Shown here piece by piece: positions 18,063 to 27,024 of a stretch of DNA of 52,909 bases; positions within the stretch are counted from its first letter, which is position 1, and each line of letters begins with the position of its first letter. The position numbers were made by a program, and so were the translations under genes. The stretch lies in NCBI GenBank assembly GCA_020632925.1, contig JACKER010000007.1, positions 1-52,909 of the forward strand, given 5' to 3'. The notes under the pieces were generated by a model. That model ran no database searches and was not told where the DNA came from. It worked only from the letters and a program-made list of their open reading frames with translations. The stretch is from Alphaproteobacteria bacterium (GTDB lineage: Bacteria; Myxococcota_A; UBA796; GCA-2862545).

Positions 18063-20012
18063 TCAGGTCTGTCCCAGTCGGGTCCTGGCCAACATCCGCG
18101 TGATCGTCTCCCTCAACCCCGGCTCACCGGGGTCACGACCAAGGACGTGAAACGTCCGCTGGATGATGGCTTCGACGACCTCTTCGCGACGCCGTCCGGC
18201 GACTCCTCCCTTGAGGACATGTGGGACGGCCGTTTGCAGGGCCGCGAGCACCTCCGCCGGGTTAGGCGGTCGCAGCGTGGTCACGGCGTCCTCGTCACGC
18301 GGCTTCGACTCGGGCGTGACCTGCACGTCAGCCTGGTCCTGAACCACCTTCTTCGGCTTCTTCGGGAGGTCGGATGCCCTGCGGGCGGTGGGCTTGGCCT
18401 CCCACTCCTCGACATCCGGGTGCTCCACGCCGAGCCGCTGGAGAAGGCTGCGCAGGCGGTCCCCGAACAGCTCCTGCACGCGGGGAACGAACTCGCCCAG
18501 GTCGTGGGCTTCACGGGGATGGGAGCGATCGGCCAAGCGCATCACGATGCCCCCGGGCGCGGCCTTGGCGTAGAAGGCGGTCTGGAGCGCTTCGGTGGCC
18601 TCGTCGATGCACGCCTCATGGATCTTGGAGGTCACGAGCCGAACGAGCTTGCGGGGGTCGGTCTCGCCGCTCGTAGGTAGGGCCACCGCCTGTTCGATGT
18701 CGACGCCGAACAGCTCCGTGAGCGAAGCGAGGATCTGGTCCGCCGTGTCCTCGGGAGCCCGGTATTGCCGCTGCTCCTCGGGAGGCACTTGCCGGGTGGG
18801 CGACAGGGCGAACTCCACCGGCTGCCACACGAGCCGGGGCGGTCCGTCGGCGGCCTCGGATCCATCCGCCATCCATGCGGGGACTACCACCTCGTACACC
18901 TGGAGGTAGTGCTGATAACGGGGGGCGGCGCGATCGAAGGTCGAAGCGGCTGAACCCGGGGCGGCGAGGTCGAAGGCGAAGTAGTCGAACGACGTTCCGG
19001 TCCGGGTGGCCATCCGCAGCCTCGGCCCCGGAGTCCGACCGGCACCCCGAGCTCCGTCTTGCTGAGGGTCCCAGAGCACGAACCGGAAGTTGGCGATGTC
19101 GCCCTGGCTCGTCCCCTCGTAGGTAGACTCCTGACCCGCTGCCTGCCGCGTGACCTTGCAGAACAGGAGCACGGGCGGGAGTGCCTTGGCGAACGCGTCC
19201 GGCCCAGCCCACACCATGGCGAGCACCCGCTCCTGCCGTTTCCGGACGACCTGCCCTTCCTCCTCTTCGTGACACTGGAGGTAGATGCTCGCTCCTTGTC
19301 GAGCCTCCTTGGCCCAGAAGTCCGGGTTCGCTGCTCCTGGTACGCTGTCCCCCGCGATGCCTACCACCACCGCGTAGCCATCGAGGTCCAGGTCGGTGGG
19401 GCGCTTGCACCGAACACGGAACCAGTCCTCGAAGATCGGCCGGTTGCTGTTCCGGGCGGGGAGACAGGCGCCAAGGCGGTAGCACGCGAGAATGTGGCGG
19501 TTCACGTTCGCACCGAGCCCGGTGCCCACACCGGAGAGGTGGTCCTCCACGAAGTCCACCTCGATCCGAAAGGAGGCCTCGGCGTTTCGGGTGGAACCGG
19601 AGCCACCCAGTGCCCGGCTGCTCCAGTTGTGGGAGCCGAGGTACACGACCGCCTTGCCGTCGGCCCTCACGACGTAGACGAGCTTCGAATGCAGCATGGA
19701 CAGGTTCGGGTCTGCGCTGTCCGGGTCTGCGATTCCAGGGTCGAGGAAGTACTTCAGGTTGGCGGGATCGCGACCGACCTGCCCTTCGAGGGCGATCAAG
19801 GGCTCGAAGCCGCAGGCGCAGGCGAGAGAGGCCACTCCGAGCGAATGCTCCTTCCGGAGGGCGGCCACCAACAGGTCTGCGCCGATCGCGTCGAGTCCGG
19901 GCGTGCTGATGTACGCCATGACGAACCGCAGCACCCGAGCGCCCTCGAGGTCGGAACGGAGGGCGGTCACGTAGTCGCTGGAGATGGGGTCGGGGCTCAA
20001 CAGGGTGGGCAT
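18063..20012 (-). CDS. phospholipase-D (HKD) superfamily nuclease-like protein, 649 aa, with a single N-terminal HKD motif and a large uncharacterised C-terminal region
   Basis: MLHSKLVYVVRADGKAVVYLGSHNWS matches the HxK...GSxN PLD/Nuc/BfiI signature, present once. It lies between the R-M module and the replicase module, divergent from the RHH-replicase operon. Confidence 0.7.
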   Translation of the reverse strand: MPTLLSPDPISSDYVTALRSDLEGARVLRFVMAYISTPGLDAIGADLLVAALRKEHSLGVASLACACGFEPLIALEGQVGRDPANLKYFLDPGIADPDSADPNLSMLHSKLVYVVRADGKAVVYLGSHNWSSRALGGSGSTRNAEASFRIEVDFVEDHLSGVGTGLGANVNRHILACYRLGACLPARNSNRPIFEDWFRVRCKRPTDLDLDGYAVVVGIAGDSVPGAANPDFWAKEARQGASIYLQCHEEEEGQVVRKRQERVLAMVWAGPDAFAKALPPVLLFCKVTRQAAGQESTYEGTSQGDIANFRFVLWDPQQDGARGAGRTPGPRLRMATRTGTSFDYFAFDLAAPGSAASTFDRAAPRYQHYLQVYEVVVPAWMADGSEAADGPPRLVWQPVEFALSPTRQVPPEEQRQYRAPEDTADQILASLTELFGVDIEQAVALPTSGETDPRKLVRLVTSKIHEACIDEATEALQTAFYAKAAPGGIVMRLADRSHPREAHDLGEFVPRVQELFGDRLRSLLQRLGVEHPDVEEWEAKPTARRASDLPKKPKKVVQDQADVQVTPESKPRDEDAVTTLRPPNPAEVLAALQTAVPHVLKGGVAGRRREEVVEAIIQRTFHVLGRDPGEPGLRETITRMLARTRLGQT

Positions 20013-20163
20013 GTTCGGTCCGTCCGCGCCGAGCTTACCGCGTCGTGAGCCCGTGGGCTGCGGGTCGAGCGCAGCGGATTCGAGGCGTCGTTCAACAACG
20101 TCGTCGGTGGCTGGGAGGCCTGCCTGGTGATCGGTCTTCGGCGAGAGTGTAGCCGTGTATGGC

Positions 20164-20273
20164 GTGTAGGGTCATACACAGAAAAACTGGCCTGAACCTA
20201 AGCAATTTTGTGGCCAATGCTCTCGGTGATCGATGCGGTTCATGCCGTCACTTCGTCACGGTGACCCTACACA
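20164..20273. promoter_or_regulatory. pair of perfect 11-bp inverted repeats (GTGTAGGGTCA ... TGACCCTACAC) bracketing an 88-bp AT-rich spacer in the divergent intergenic region upstream of the RHH-replicase operon; a TATATAGTAT -10-like element follows at ~20325
   Basis: Seen directly at 20164-20174 and 20263-20273. It is the lowest-GC segment of the intergenic region. Confidence 0.4.
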
Positions 20274-20430
20274 CCCTGCATTTCGGGCACGGTCATGCAC
20301 CACGCTCTCGGGCTGTATATAGTATGTGCGCCCGATGAGCTGACCCGTCTCGGAATGAGCTTTCGTCCTGGCTCGGCGGCACCTGACGAACCCGAACCTG
20401 TTCCGCAACCCACCTGGGGCGGAGGGCGTC

Positions 20431-20616
20431 ATGAGCCAGGACCAGCGCATCGATCCTCACCACCACGACCCGCAGGCCCGGGGCCGCGACACCCAGCGTG
20501 TCGCCGTCACGATCCCGGCGGTCATCCTCGGCGCCGCTCAGGCGGCGGCCAAGGAGAAGGGCCTGTCCCTGTCGGCCTACATCACGATGTTGTTGGCCTC
20601 GACTCGCGGCGCTTGA
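20431..20616 (+). CDS. small ribbon-helix-helix-like DNA-binding protein (61 aa)
   Basis: GGAGGG RBS. A basic N-terminus, then a beta-strand RVAVTIPAV and helices (LGAAQAAAKEKGLSLSAYITMLLAS). Confidence 0.5.
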   Translation: MSQDQRIDPHHHDPQARGRDTQRVAVTIPAVILGAAQAAAKEKGLSLSAYITMLLASTRGA

Positions 20617-20680
20617 CGTCCCTCAACGAAAGCGACCCCGGCCGCCTGGCAGCACCGGGGTCGCCTCGAAGGACATCGTC

Positions 20681-23404
20681 ATGCAGCCCGTTGATCTTAC
20701 CCGCATTTCCGTCCCGATTCACCCCCGTCTCTGGCACGAGGCGCTCGAGAACCATCGACAGACGCTCATCACCCCCGAGGACCAGGCCGCCTTCGAGCAG
20801 CACCGGATCCACCTCTGGCCGCACCTCATGCAGGCCGACGGCCGCCTGCACCCCACTTGGGATCGGTCGGCCTGGACGGGCCGCATTCACGCCCGGGGCC
20901 CGGCCGTCCAGCAGATCCCCAAGGCGCTCCGCGCGGGCATCGCCGTGCCCGGGCGGCTCATCCTCACCGCTGACATCCGGGGCTCACACCTCCGCATCCT
21001 CGCCCACCACGCCAACGACCCGCAGCTCGTAGCTGACCTCCAGGCCGGGGACGTGTACACGTTCGCGGTGGAGACGCTGCAGGAGATGGGCGTCACCGAC
21101 GACCGCACGGCCACCCGCAAGGTCGCGAAGCAGGTGGTCAACGCCACCCTCAACGGCGGCGGGGTGACGGCTGCCACCGATGCCCTGGTGCGCCTCGAGG
21201 GCGGCAAGTCCGTCGATGCGGAGGCCTTCCTCGGGCGGATCCGCTCCCGGTGGAAGGTCGCGTGGTCGTACCTCGACGGCCTGGTGGAGACGGCGCGTTC
21301 GAACGGGTGGCAGCTCGTGACGCCCGAGGGCGTCACCCTGGACATCCCCACCGAGGCCCGCGATCGTGTGCACGTCCCGGCAGGGTGGTTGCAGGCGACG
21401 GAAGCCCAGGCGCTCCTTCGACTCGTCGCGGACAGCCACCGGGTCGAGGGCAAGGGGTCGCCGATCAAGCTCATCGGCCTGATGCACGACGGCGCCGTCT
21501 GGGAGGTGATGCCGGAGGCAGCCGAGAACGCGGTGATCGCGCTCCGGAAGGCCCTCGGCAAGTACCTGTTCCCACAGGGCTCGCCTCTGGCCGAGGGCTG
21601 CGCCGAGGTGCAGGTGGGCCCGTCGTGGGGACAGCAGGACGGGTCGCTCTCGCCGCCGGTGGGAAGCCCGCGCACTCGAGTGGGGTGGGCTGGTCTCGGG
21701 GTCACAAAGGTGAAGGAGGTGGTCGCTGATCCCGAGCCGAACGCCGCCGTGCAGGAGGTGATCGCCGACCCCGAAGCCCGGTTTGCTGTCGAGGTCGCTC
21801 GCATCGACACGGAGGCCGACTTCGGGCTCGCCCTCGCGATGCTGTCGGCGAGCCGGAACGGGCGTCCGGCCGCTGCCGTCATCAAGGCCGCCGTCCGCCG
21901 GGTGAAGGGCGAGATCACGCCCTACGTCGAGCATGTCGCCAACCAGGCCCGGGCTGGAGCCCGGTTCGAGCGGGCCGACCACGTCGAGCTGGCCCTCGAA
22001 CTGCTCCGCGAGATCGGTGCGGTCGACGGCGAGGGGAACCGCACCGGTGGGGTCGTGTCCGATCGCGGCTCGATCTGGACGGCGGAGTCCGCCGCCGGGC
22101 TCTGGACGCAGCTCCCCGATGCCGACCTACGGGTGCGGGTGCAGGGGTACGCGGGTTCCACGGTCGGCCCGAAGGGGGTGCCGCTCCGGCTGGGTCACCA
22201 CGACACCAAGGCCGTGCTGCTCGCCGCCGCCGACCGTCTGGAGGCTCCCGGCTTCTTCGACGTGACGGTTCCTGCTGCTGCGTTCCGCAACGGGCTGCTG
22301 TTCGCTGACGGGCTGTTCCGGCCCCACGAACCCACTGACCGCGTGCTGGCCGACCGGGTGATGCCGGTCGCCTATCAGCCCGGCGCGAAGTGCCCTCGCT
22401 GGCTCCGGTTTCTCGGGGAGATTTACGAGGGCGAGCCTGACGTTCGAGAGCGCATCCAGCTTCTGCAGATGTTCCTCGGCGCCGTCCTGCTCGGGGTCGC
22501 GACCCGGTTCCAGCGTGCGCTGGTGCTCGTCGGCGAGGGGTCAAACGGCAAGTCTGTCACCTTGAAGACGATCGAGGGCCTGTTGAACGCGGCCTCGGTG
22601 GTGAGCATCCCGCCGCAGCAGTTCACCTCGGGTCGGGGCGAGTACTACGCGGCGCAACTCGCCACCGCTGTGATCAACGTCGTGACCGAGATGCCCGAGC
22701 GCGACCTGCTCGAGTCCGAGATCGTCAAGGCCGCCATCGCCGGGGACATCATGACGGGACGGCACCCCTACGGACGGCCCTTCCAGTTCTCTCCGGCGGC
22801 GGGCTGGCTCATCGCCACCAACCGGCTTCCCGCAGTACGGGACACGAGCCACGGCTTCTGGCGGCGGCTGATGGTGCTCGACCACAAGCGGATCTTCGGG
22901 GCGGACGCCGACCCGGACCTCACGGTGAAGCTGCAGGAGGAGTTGCCCGGCATCGCGGTCTGGGCGGTGGAGGGCGGCATCGAGTTGATGCGGCGTGGGC
23001 GGTACCCCGACCTCGCGTCCTCCCAGGCCGCCGTCGCGCGGTGGAAGTCCGACGCGGACCCGGTCTCCCGGTTCGTCGAAGATCACTTCGTCGTCGACCC
23101 CGAGGCCGAGATGCGCGCGATGCACTTCTACGGCCTGTACCGGGAGTGGTGCCGGAACACCGGTTTCCAGGCGCTCAACATCAAGAACTTCGGTGAGCGG
23201 GTGAAGCCGTTCATCCCAGCGCACCGCAAGAGCAGCGGCGTCGTGTACCGCTGCCGTCTGGCTCACGACTGGCGGCTTCCGTCCTACGTCGAACGCGCGG
23301 GAGATGATCACCGCCTGTCCCCGTTCGAGGATGCCCAGCACAAGGCGTCGATCGCGTCGATGGAGGCGCTCTTGAACGAGATCAACGGCGACTGCGAAGC
23401 CTGA
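20681..23404 (+). CDS. replication protein: family-A (PolA-like) DNA polymerase core fused to a C-terminal P4/D5-type SF3 helicase (907 aa)
   Basis: Pol A motif A (LTADIRGSHLRILAHH vs DYSQIELRILAH), motif B (TRKVAKQVVNATLNGGG vs RRxAKxxNFGxxYG), motif C (LMHDGAVWE vs VHDELVFE). SF3 Walker A (LVGEGSNGKSV) and a D5_N-like region. AAGGA RBS 8 nt upstream of the ATG at 20681; the track ORF begins earlier, at 20498, in an Arg/Pro-rich overlap. Confidence 0.75.
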   Translation: MQPVDLTRISVPIHPRLWHEALENHRQTLITPEDQAAFEQHRIHLWPHLMQADGRLHPTWDRSAWTGRIHARGPAVQQIPKALRAGIAVPGRLILTADIRGSHLRILAHHANDPQLVADLQAGDVYTFAVETLQEMGVTDDRTATRKVAKQVVNATLNGGGVTAATDALVRLEGGKSVDAEAFLGRIRSRWKVAWSYLDGLVETARSNGWQLVTPEGVTLDIPTEARDRVHVPAGWLQATEAQALLRLVADSHRVEGKGSPIKLIGLMHDGAVWEVMPEAAENAVIALRKALGKYLFPQGSPLAEGCAEVQVGPSWGQQDGSLSPPVGSPRTRVGWAGLGVTKVKEVVADPEPNAAVQEVIADPEARFAVEVARIDTEADFGLALAMLSASRNGRPAAAVIKAAVRRVKGEITPYVEHVANQARAGARFERADHVELALELLREIGAVDGEGNRTGGVVSDRGSIWTAESAAGLWTQLPDADLRVRVQGYAGSTVGPKGVPLRLGHHDTKAVLLAAADRLEAPGFFDVTVPAAAFRNGLLFADGLFRPHEPTDRVLADRVMPVAYQPGAKCPRWLRFLGEIYEGEPDVRERIQLLQMFLGAVLLGVATRFQRALVLVGEGSNGKSVTLKTIEGLLNAASVVSIPPQQFTSGRGEYYAAQLATAVINVVTEMPERDLLESEIVKAAIAGDIMTGRHPYGRPFQFSPAAGWLIATNRLPAVRDTSHGFWRRLMVLDHKRIFGADADPDLTVKLQEELPGIAVWAVEGGIELMRRGRYPDLASSQAAVARWKSDADPVSRFVEDHFVVDPEAEMRAMHFYGLYREWCRNTGFQALNIKNFGERVKPFIPAHRKSSGVVYRCRLAHDWRLPSYVERAGDDHRLSPFEDAQHKASIASMEALLNEINGDCEA

Positions 23405-23615
23405 TGTCGGCCCCGTGGGTGGGCGGGCAGCTCCGCTCACCCGCGACGGCCAGGTGCTCGAGCACGGCGTCCACGTCCTGCCGTCGGTACCTCGGGCGGC
23501 GGTGACACCCTAGGGGCTCGAGCATCCCAATGGCGCGCCATCTGGCGATGGTGCGGGTGCTGTACCTGGTGTAAGCCGCCGCCTCGTTGGGGGTGAGGAG
23601 GTCGTTGTCGTTCAT
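23382..23615 (-). CDS. AlpA/Xis-like helix-turn-helix excisionase/regulator (77 aa)
   Basis: LLTPNEAAAYTRYSTRTIARWRAIGMLEPL...RYRRQDVDAVLE, a typical AlpA-family HTH. It is convergent with the replicase gene. Confidence 0.55.
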   Translation of the reverse strand: MNDNDLLTPNEAAAYTRYSTRTIARWRAIGMLEPLGCHRRPRYRRQDVDAVLEHLAVAGERSCPPTHGADIRLRSRR

Positions 23616-23867
23616 GGACACCTTCCGCAAGATGAACGTGCGCGAGGCCGAGGGCGGCGTGCCGGACTTGCACCAGCCGGTGCCTGTCCCCGGGCGCCTC
23701 CACCTGCCACGGGTCGCCATAGGCCCCGTACCGAAACGGGGTTGCGGAGGGGTTTCGACCCCGTTGTCTTCAGGGCAGAAGTCAGGAGTTCCGGCCACGA
23801 GCCCGCCGAGTTCTGGCCCCGGCTTGTGGACCCGGTCTGCGCGGCCTCGGCGTCGGGGGACTTCTGG

Positions 23868-24713
23868 TCACGCCGGGCCCTCGGGCTCAAGAACCATGAA
23901 GTGGCGTACCATGTGCTGGTCGATTCGCTTCGCGAGGTCGCGCAGGAACGCGTTTCCATCCATCGCGACTGACAAGTCGACCTCCTGAACGTTGCCATGC
24001 GCAACGTCGTTGCGCAGGTCTCGGAGCCGATCGAACTCCTTGCGCTCATCTTCGGTGAGGTCGAACATGAAGGCGTCACGAAGCAGGTCTGGGATCCCGG
24101 ATGCCCTCAACTCGCCGAGACGAGTCATCAACGCGCTGATCCCGAACGAGGCGATAAGATCGCTTGGAAACCTGAAATTGCGCAGAAGGAGATCGCGTTG
24201 AAGCCCGGCGTAGCGCTGCTCGTACCCAGCCTTGCGGCGTTCCATGAGCCGCTTTCTGGCGCGCTCTACCTCTGGTGAGTTGCTGGCCAACGACTCATAG
24301 TTGCGCGCTCGGATGCTGCCCGCCCAGTCTCCATGGAAGGCACAGACCTCCTGGCCCACGTCCTTCACGTACGCCTCAAAGTGGGAGAAGCTCGACAGAA
24401 GTACGAATCGACCTAGGGTCTTCTTGTAGGCCGACTTGAACGCCCGCAGCTTGTCGTGGCTCTGAACGACCGTGAAGTGATCGGAGTCGGGGAGCTTCGG
24501 GGCCGCTCTAGCCTCGACTGCCTTCATATATGCGTTGAGGGCTGGCACGGCATGGCACGTCAACACCGCGAAGTTGATCGTGTCCTGGGCGTTGCGGCGC
24601 AACGTGACGTAGGCGTTGGAGTGGGCCAGCATGATGTCCTTGACCGCAGGCGCGGACGCGGTAGAACTGCATCGTAGCGTCTGGTGTAGGGTCGCACACC
24701 CCCCTTCCGACAT
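23868..24713 (-). CDS. HEPN-motif protein (candidate Abi/toxin-like RNase; ~255-281 aa) in a lower-GC patch
   Basis: C-terminal LRDLRNDVAHGN contains the R-x4-H HEPN signature (RNDVAH). Local GC (~58%) is below the surroundings. The start is ambiguous (24713, or ATG at 24632). Confidence 0.5.
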   Translation of the reverse strand: MSEGGCATLHQTLRCSSTASAPAVKDIMLAHSNAYVTLRRNAQDTINFAVLTCHAVPALNAYMKAVEARAAPKLPDSDHFTVVQSHDKLRAFKSAYKKTLGRFVLLSSFSHFEAYVKDVGQEVCAFHGDWAGSIRARNYESLASNSPEVERARKRLMERRKAGYEQRYAGLQRDLLLRNFRFPSDLIASFGISALMTRLGELRASGIPDLLRDAFMFDLTEDERKEFDRLRDLRNDVAHGNVQEVDLSVAMDGNAFLRDLAKRIDQHMVRHFMVLEPEGPA

Positions 24714-24773
24714 CGCCGGATCTAGCCTCCGGCGATGTCGAAAGGGGGAGGCCCCAGTTCAACTCTGGGGGCG

Positions 24774-25391
24774 CTATCCATCTGCCAAGTGACCCGCCTC
24801 TCTGAGACGCCGCCGGAGAGTCGTGCGGGAAACCCCGAGCGCGGTCGCGATGGCCTTGACCCCGTACCCCTGCTGGAGCATCGCGACGGCGGGCCGGAGG
24901 TCGACCTCTACCTTGGGCCTGCCGCAGTGGACGCCGTTCGAGCGGGCTCGGTCACGGCCCGCCTGCGTCCTGAGCTTGATGAGATCCCGCTCGTAGGAGG
25001 AAAAGCAGGCGAGCACCTGGGTAAGCAGGCGCCCGGTCACGGTCGTGGTGTCGATTCCCGGGTCGTTCACGGACGCGAAGCCCACCCCGGCGCTCGTGAA
25101 CCCGTCGAGCAGGTTCAGCAGCCCCGACAGCGTGCGGCCCAACCGGTCGAGCTTGTACACGAGCACCACGTCGACCTTGCGAGCGTCGATGTCGGCGAGC
25201 ATACGGTCCAGGGCCGGGCGCGAGGTCTTCACGCCGGAGATGCCCTCGTCCACGTACTCACCGACGACGATCAGGCCCCTGCGATCTGCTTCCGCTCGGA
25301 GCACCTCGACCTGGACGTCGGTGGACTGGTCGGCGGTGCTCACCCGGGCGTAGAGGGCGGCGCGCATCTCGCTCGACTTTTCGGTGGCCAT
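24774..25391 (-). CDS. small serine recombinase (resolvase/invertase family) with C-terminal HTH
   Basis: ALYARVSTADQS (catalytic Ser), the conserved LDRLGR motif, and a C-terminal HTH (GYGVKAIATALGVSRTTLRRRL). Confidence 0.85.
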   Translation of the reverse strand: MATEKSSEMRAALYARVSTADQSTDVQVEVLRAEADRRGLIVVGEYVDEGISGVKTSRPALDRMLADIDARKVDVVLVYKLDRLGRTLSGLLNLLDGFTSAGVGFASVNDPGIDTTTVTGRLLTQVLACFSSYERDLIKLRTQAGRDRARSNGVHCGRPKVEVDLRPAVAMLQQGYGVKAIATALGVSRTTLRRRLREAGHLADG

Positions 25392-25602
25392 CGAGTTCCT
25401 CGGCGAGGGCCGTGAATTCCGTCCAGAACCCTCTTCCGAGTTACGCGCGGAAGCGCTCGATCTGAACCTGCGACCAGCACTGCCCCGGTCTCGAAAAACC
25501 GTCGATCTACCGTTGTTGCCGTCCCTCGCCTGGCCACAGGGGCGGATCGATTTTGCGTCGATTTTTACGCTTCGAATCTGGAAAGGGTTTGAAACCAGTT
25601 CT

Positions 25603-26898
25603 CTACTTCACCAGCCGTAGCCCCGAGCTCGGCAGTGCCTCGTCGGGCGGCGCCCCCATCCAGTTCACGGCGGGCAACGTGCGGATCGCCTCCTCGAGGT
25701 CGTTCTCGGGCGGCCCGACGTAGTGCTGCTCACGGACGCCACCTGCGTGTCCGACCAGCCAGTCGATGAGGTGCCGCTCGACACGGGCCCGCGTGAGGGC
25801 CGCCTGCAGGAACGCCCGGTAGACGTGGTTGGGCTGGTTCTTCTCCCGATTCGGCGGGCGGAACACCCCGGGCCGGACTTCACTGGCTGCGATGCACTCC
25901 TGCCACGCCTCGGAGACCCACCGGGTCGGGTTCCGGTAGCTCGGGAGCGGCTTCGTCGGGTCCTTTCGGCCGGGGAACAGCGGCCCGGCCTCTGCGGCGT
26001 GCAACCACTGCCCCAGGTCGTTCATGAGCCCCGGGTGAATCGGGATGCCGCGCTGAAGCGCGTGCTCCTGCTTCGTCTTGCCGTGGCGGACGATGAACCA
26101 GCCGTTGTCGAGGTCGAGGTCTTCGCGGTGGAGCATCGCGACCTGAAGCAGCCGCAGCCCGGTGTACCGGGCGATGATCGCCATCCGGTGGGCGTACGGG
26201 TCGCGGTGATGTCGAGATCCCCGGTGCTTCTGCACGAGACGGCGGAGCACCGCGTCCACCTCGGTGGTGTGCGCGGGCATGCTGGGGGCGGCCCAGGACA
26301 CCGTGCGCGGCAGCACGAGGGTGGAGTCTCGCGGTGGCTCGGGGCAGGACGGCCACTTCTTGATGTCCCAGGCCCACTCCCACATGGCGTGAACGGCGGC
26401 GGCGGCCTGGTAGGTCGTGGACTCCGCGTTCGTGAGGTGAAGCTGGGAGTTGGCCTCCACGAAGGCGTCGAGACCGAGTGCGGCCAGCGGGACGGGTGCG
26501 CTGTCAGGGAGACCCCGGGCAAGGCGAAGGGCGCGGAGCCACCGCCCGACTCCGTAGTGGCGGGCGTCGATGGTGGCCGAACGGAGCTTGCGGCTTCCTG
26601 AGGCCCACTTCTGCCAGGCATCGAGCACCTCGTCGATCGCGACCTCCTTCGAGGGCGCGGGCGGGGGCGGCAGGCTCGGATCGTGAGCGGGCACCAGGAA
26701 GCCCTTCTTCCGCAAGTCCTTGTTGAGCCGCAAGCTGAACTCGAGGGCCTCGTCGTTCGTCGCGAACGACCGCGACCGCTGAACCTCCCCCTTCCCGAAC
26801 TCGGCCCCTTGCCGGTCCTCACGCCACCGCACCAGCCACTGCTTCGCCCGGTTCCCCCGGAACGTAATCGAGACGCCATCAAGTCGAAGTCCGCTCAC
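25603..26898 (-). CDS. tyrosine-type site-specific integrase
   Basis: Catalytic residues in the C-terminal domain (HRMAIIARYTGLRLLQV ... HVYRAFLQAAL...LVGHAGGVREQHY: R, H-x-x-R, Y). The gene abuts attR and the arm-type repeats. Confidence 0.85.
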   Translation of the reverse strand: MSGLRLDGVSITFRGNRAKQWLVRWREDRQGAEFGKGEVQRSRSFATNDEALEFSLRLNKDLRKKGFLVPAHDPSLPPPPAPSKEVAIDEVLDAWQKWASGSRKLRSATIDARHYGVGRWLRALRLARGLPDSAPVPLAALGLDAFVEANSQLHLTNAESTTYQAAAAVHAMWEWAWDIKKWPSCPEPPRDSTLVLPRTVSWAAPSMPAHTTEVDAVLRRLVQKHRGSRHHRDPYAHRMAIIARYTGLRLLQVAMLHREDLDLDNGWFIVRHGKTKQEHALQRGIPIHPGLMNDLGQWLHAAEAGPLFPGRKDPTKPLPSYRNPTRWVSEAWQECIAASEVRPGVFRPPNREKNQPNHVYRAFLQAALTRARVERHLIDWLVGHAGGVREQHYVGPPENDLEEAIRTLPAVNWMGAPPDEALPSSGLRLVK

Positions 26899-26954
26899 CG
26901 TGACCTCCAGGTCTACCGGCTGGCTACGCGGAACGACTCACTGCTTGACCCCCC

Positions 26955-26976
26955 TGTGATCCACTTTTGTGATCCA
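26955..26976. repeat. arm-type repeats TGTGATCCAC / TGTGATCCA (attR side), same orientation as the 2904-2923 copies
   Basis: Two copies separated by 3 nt, located between the integrase start (26898) and the attR core. Confidence 0.55.
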
Positions 26977-27024
26977 GAGGGAACGGCTCTCGAAGATCAA
27001 GTCGTAATGCTGGTTTACGACGGG

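Noticed and set aside
20498-20680. Upstream extension of the replicase ORF (start at 20498 as listed in the track)
   Set aside because: The extension overlaps the RHH gene in another frame and is Arg/Pro-rich. An ATG at 20681 with an AAGGA RBS gives a sensible N-terminus (MQPVDLTRIS...).
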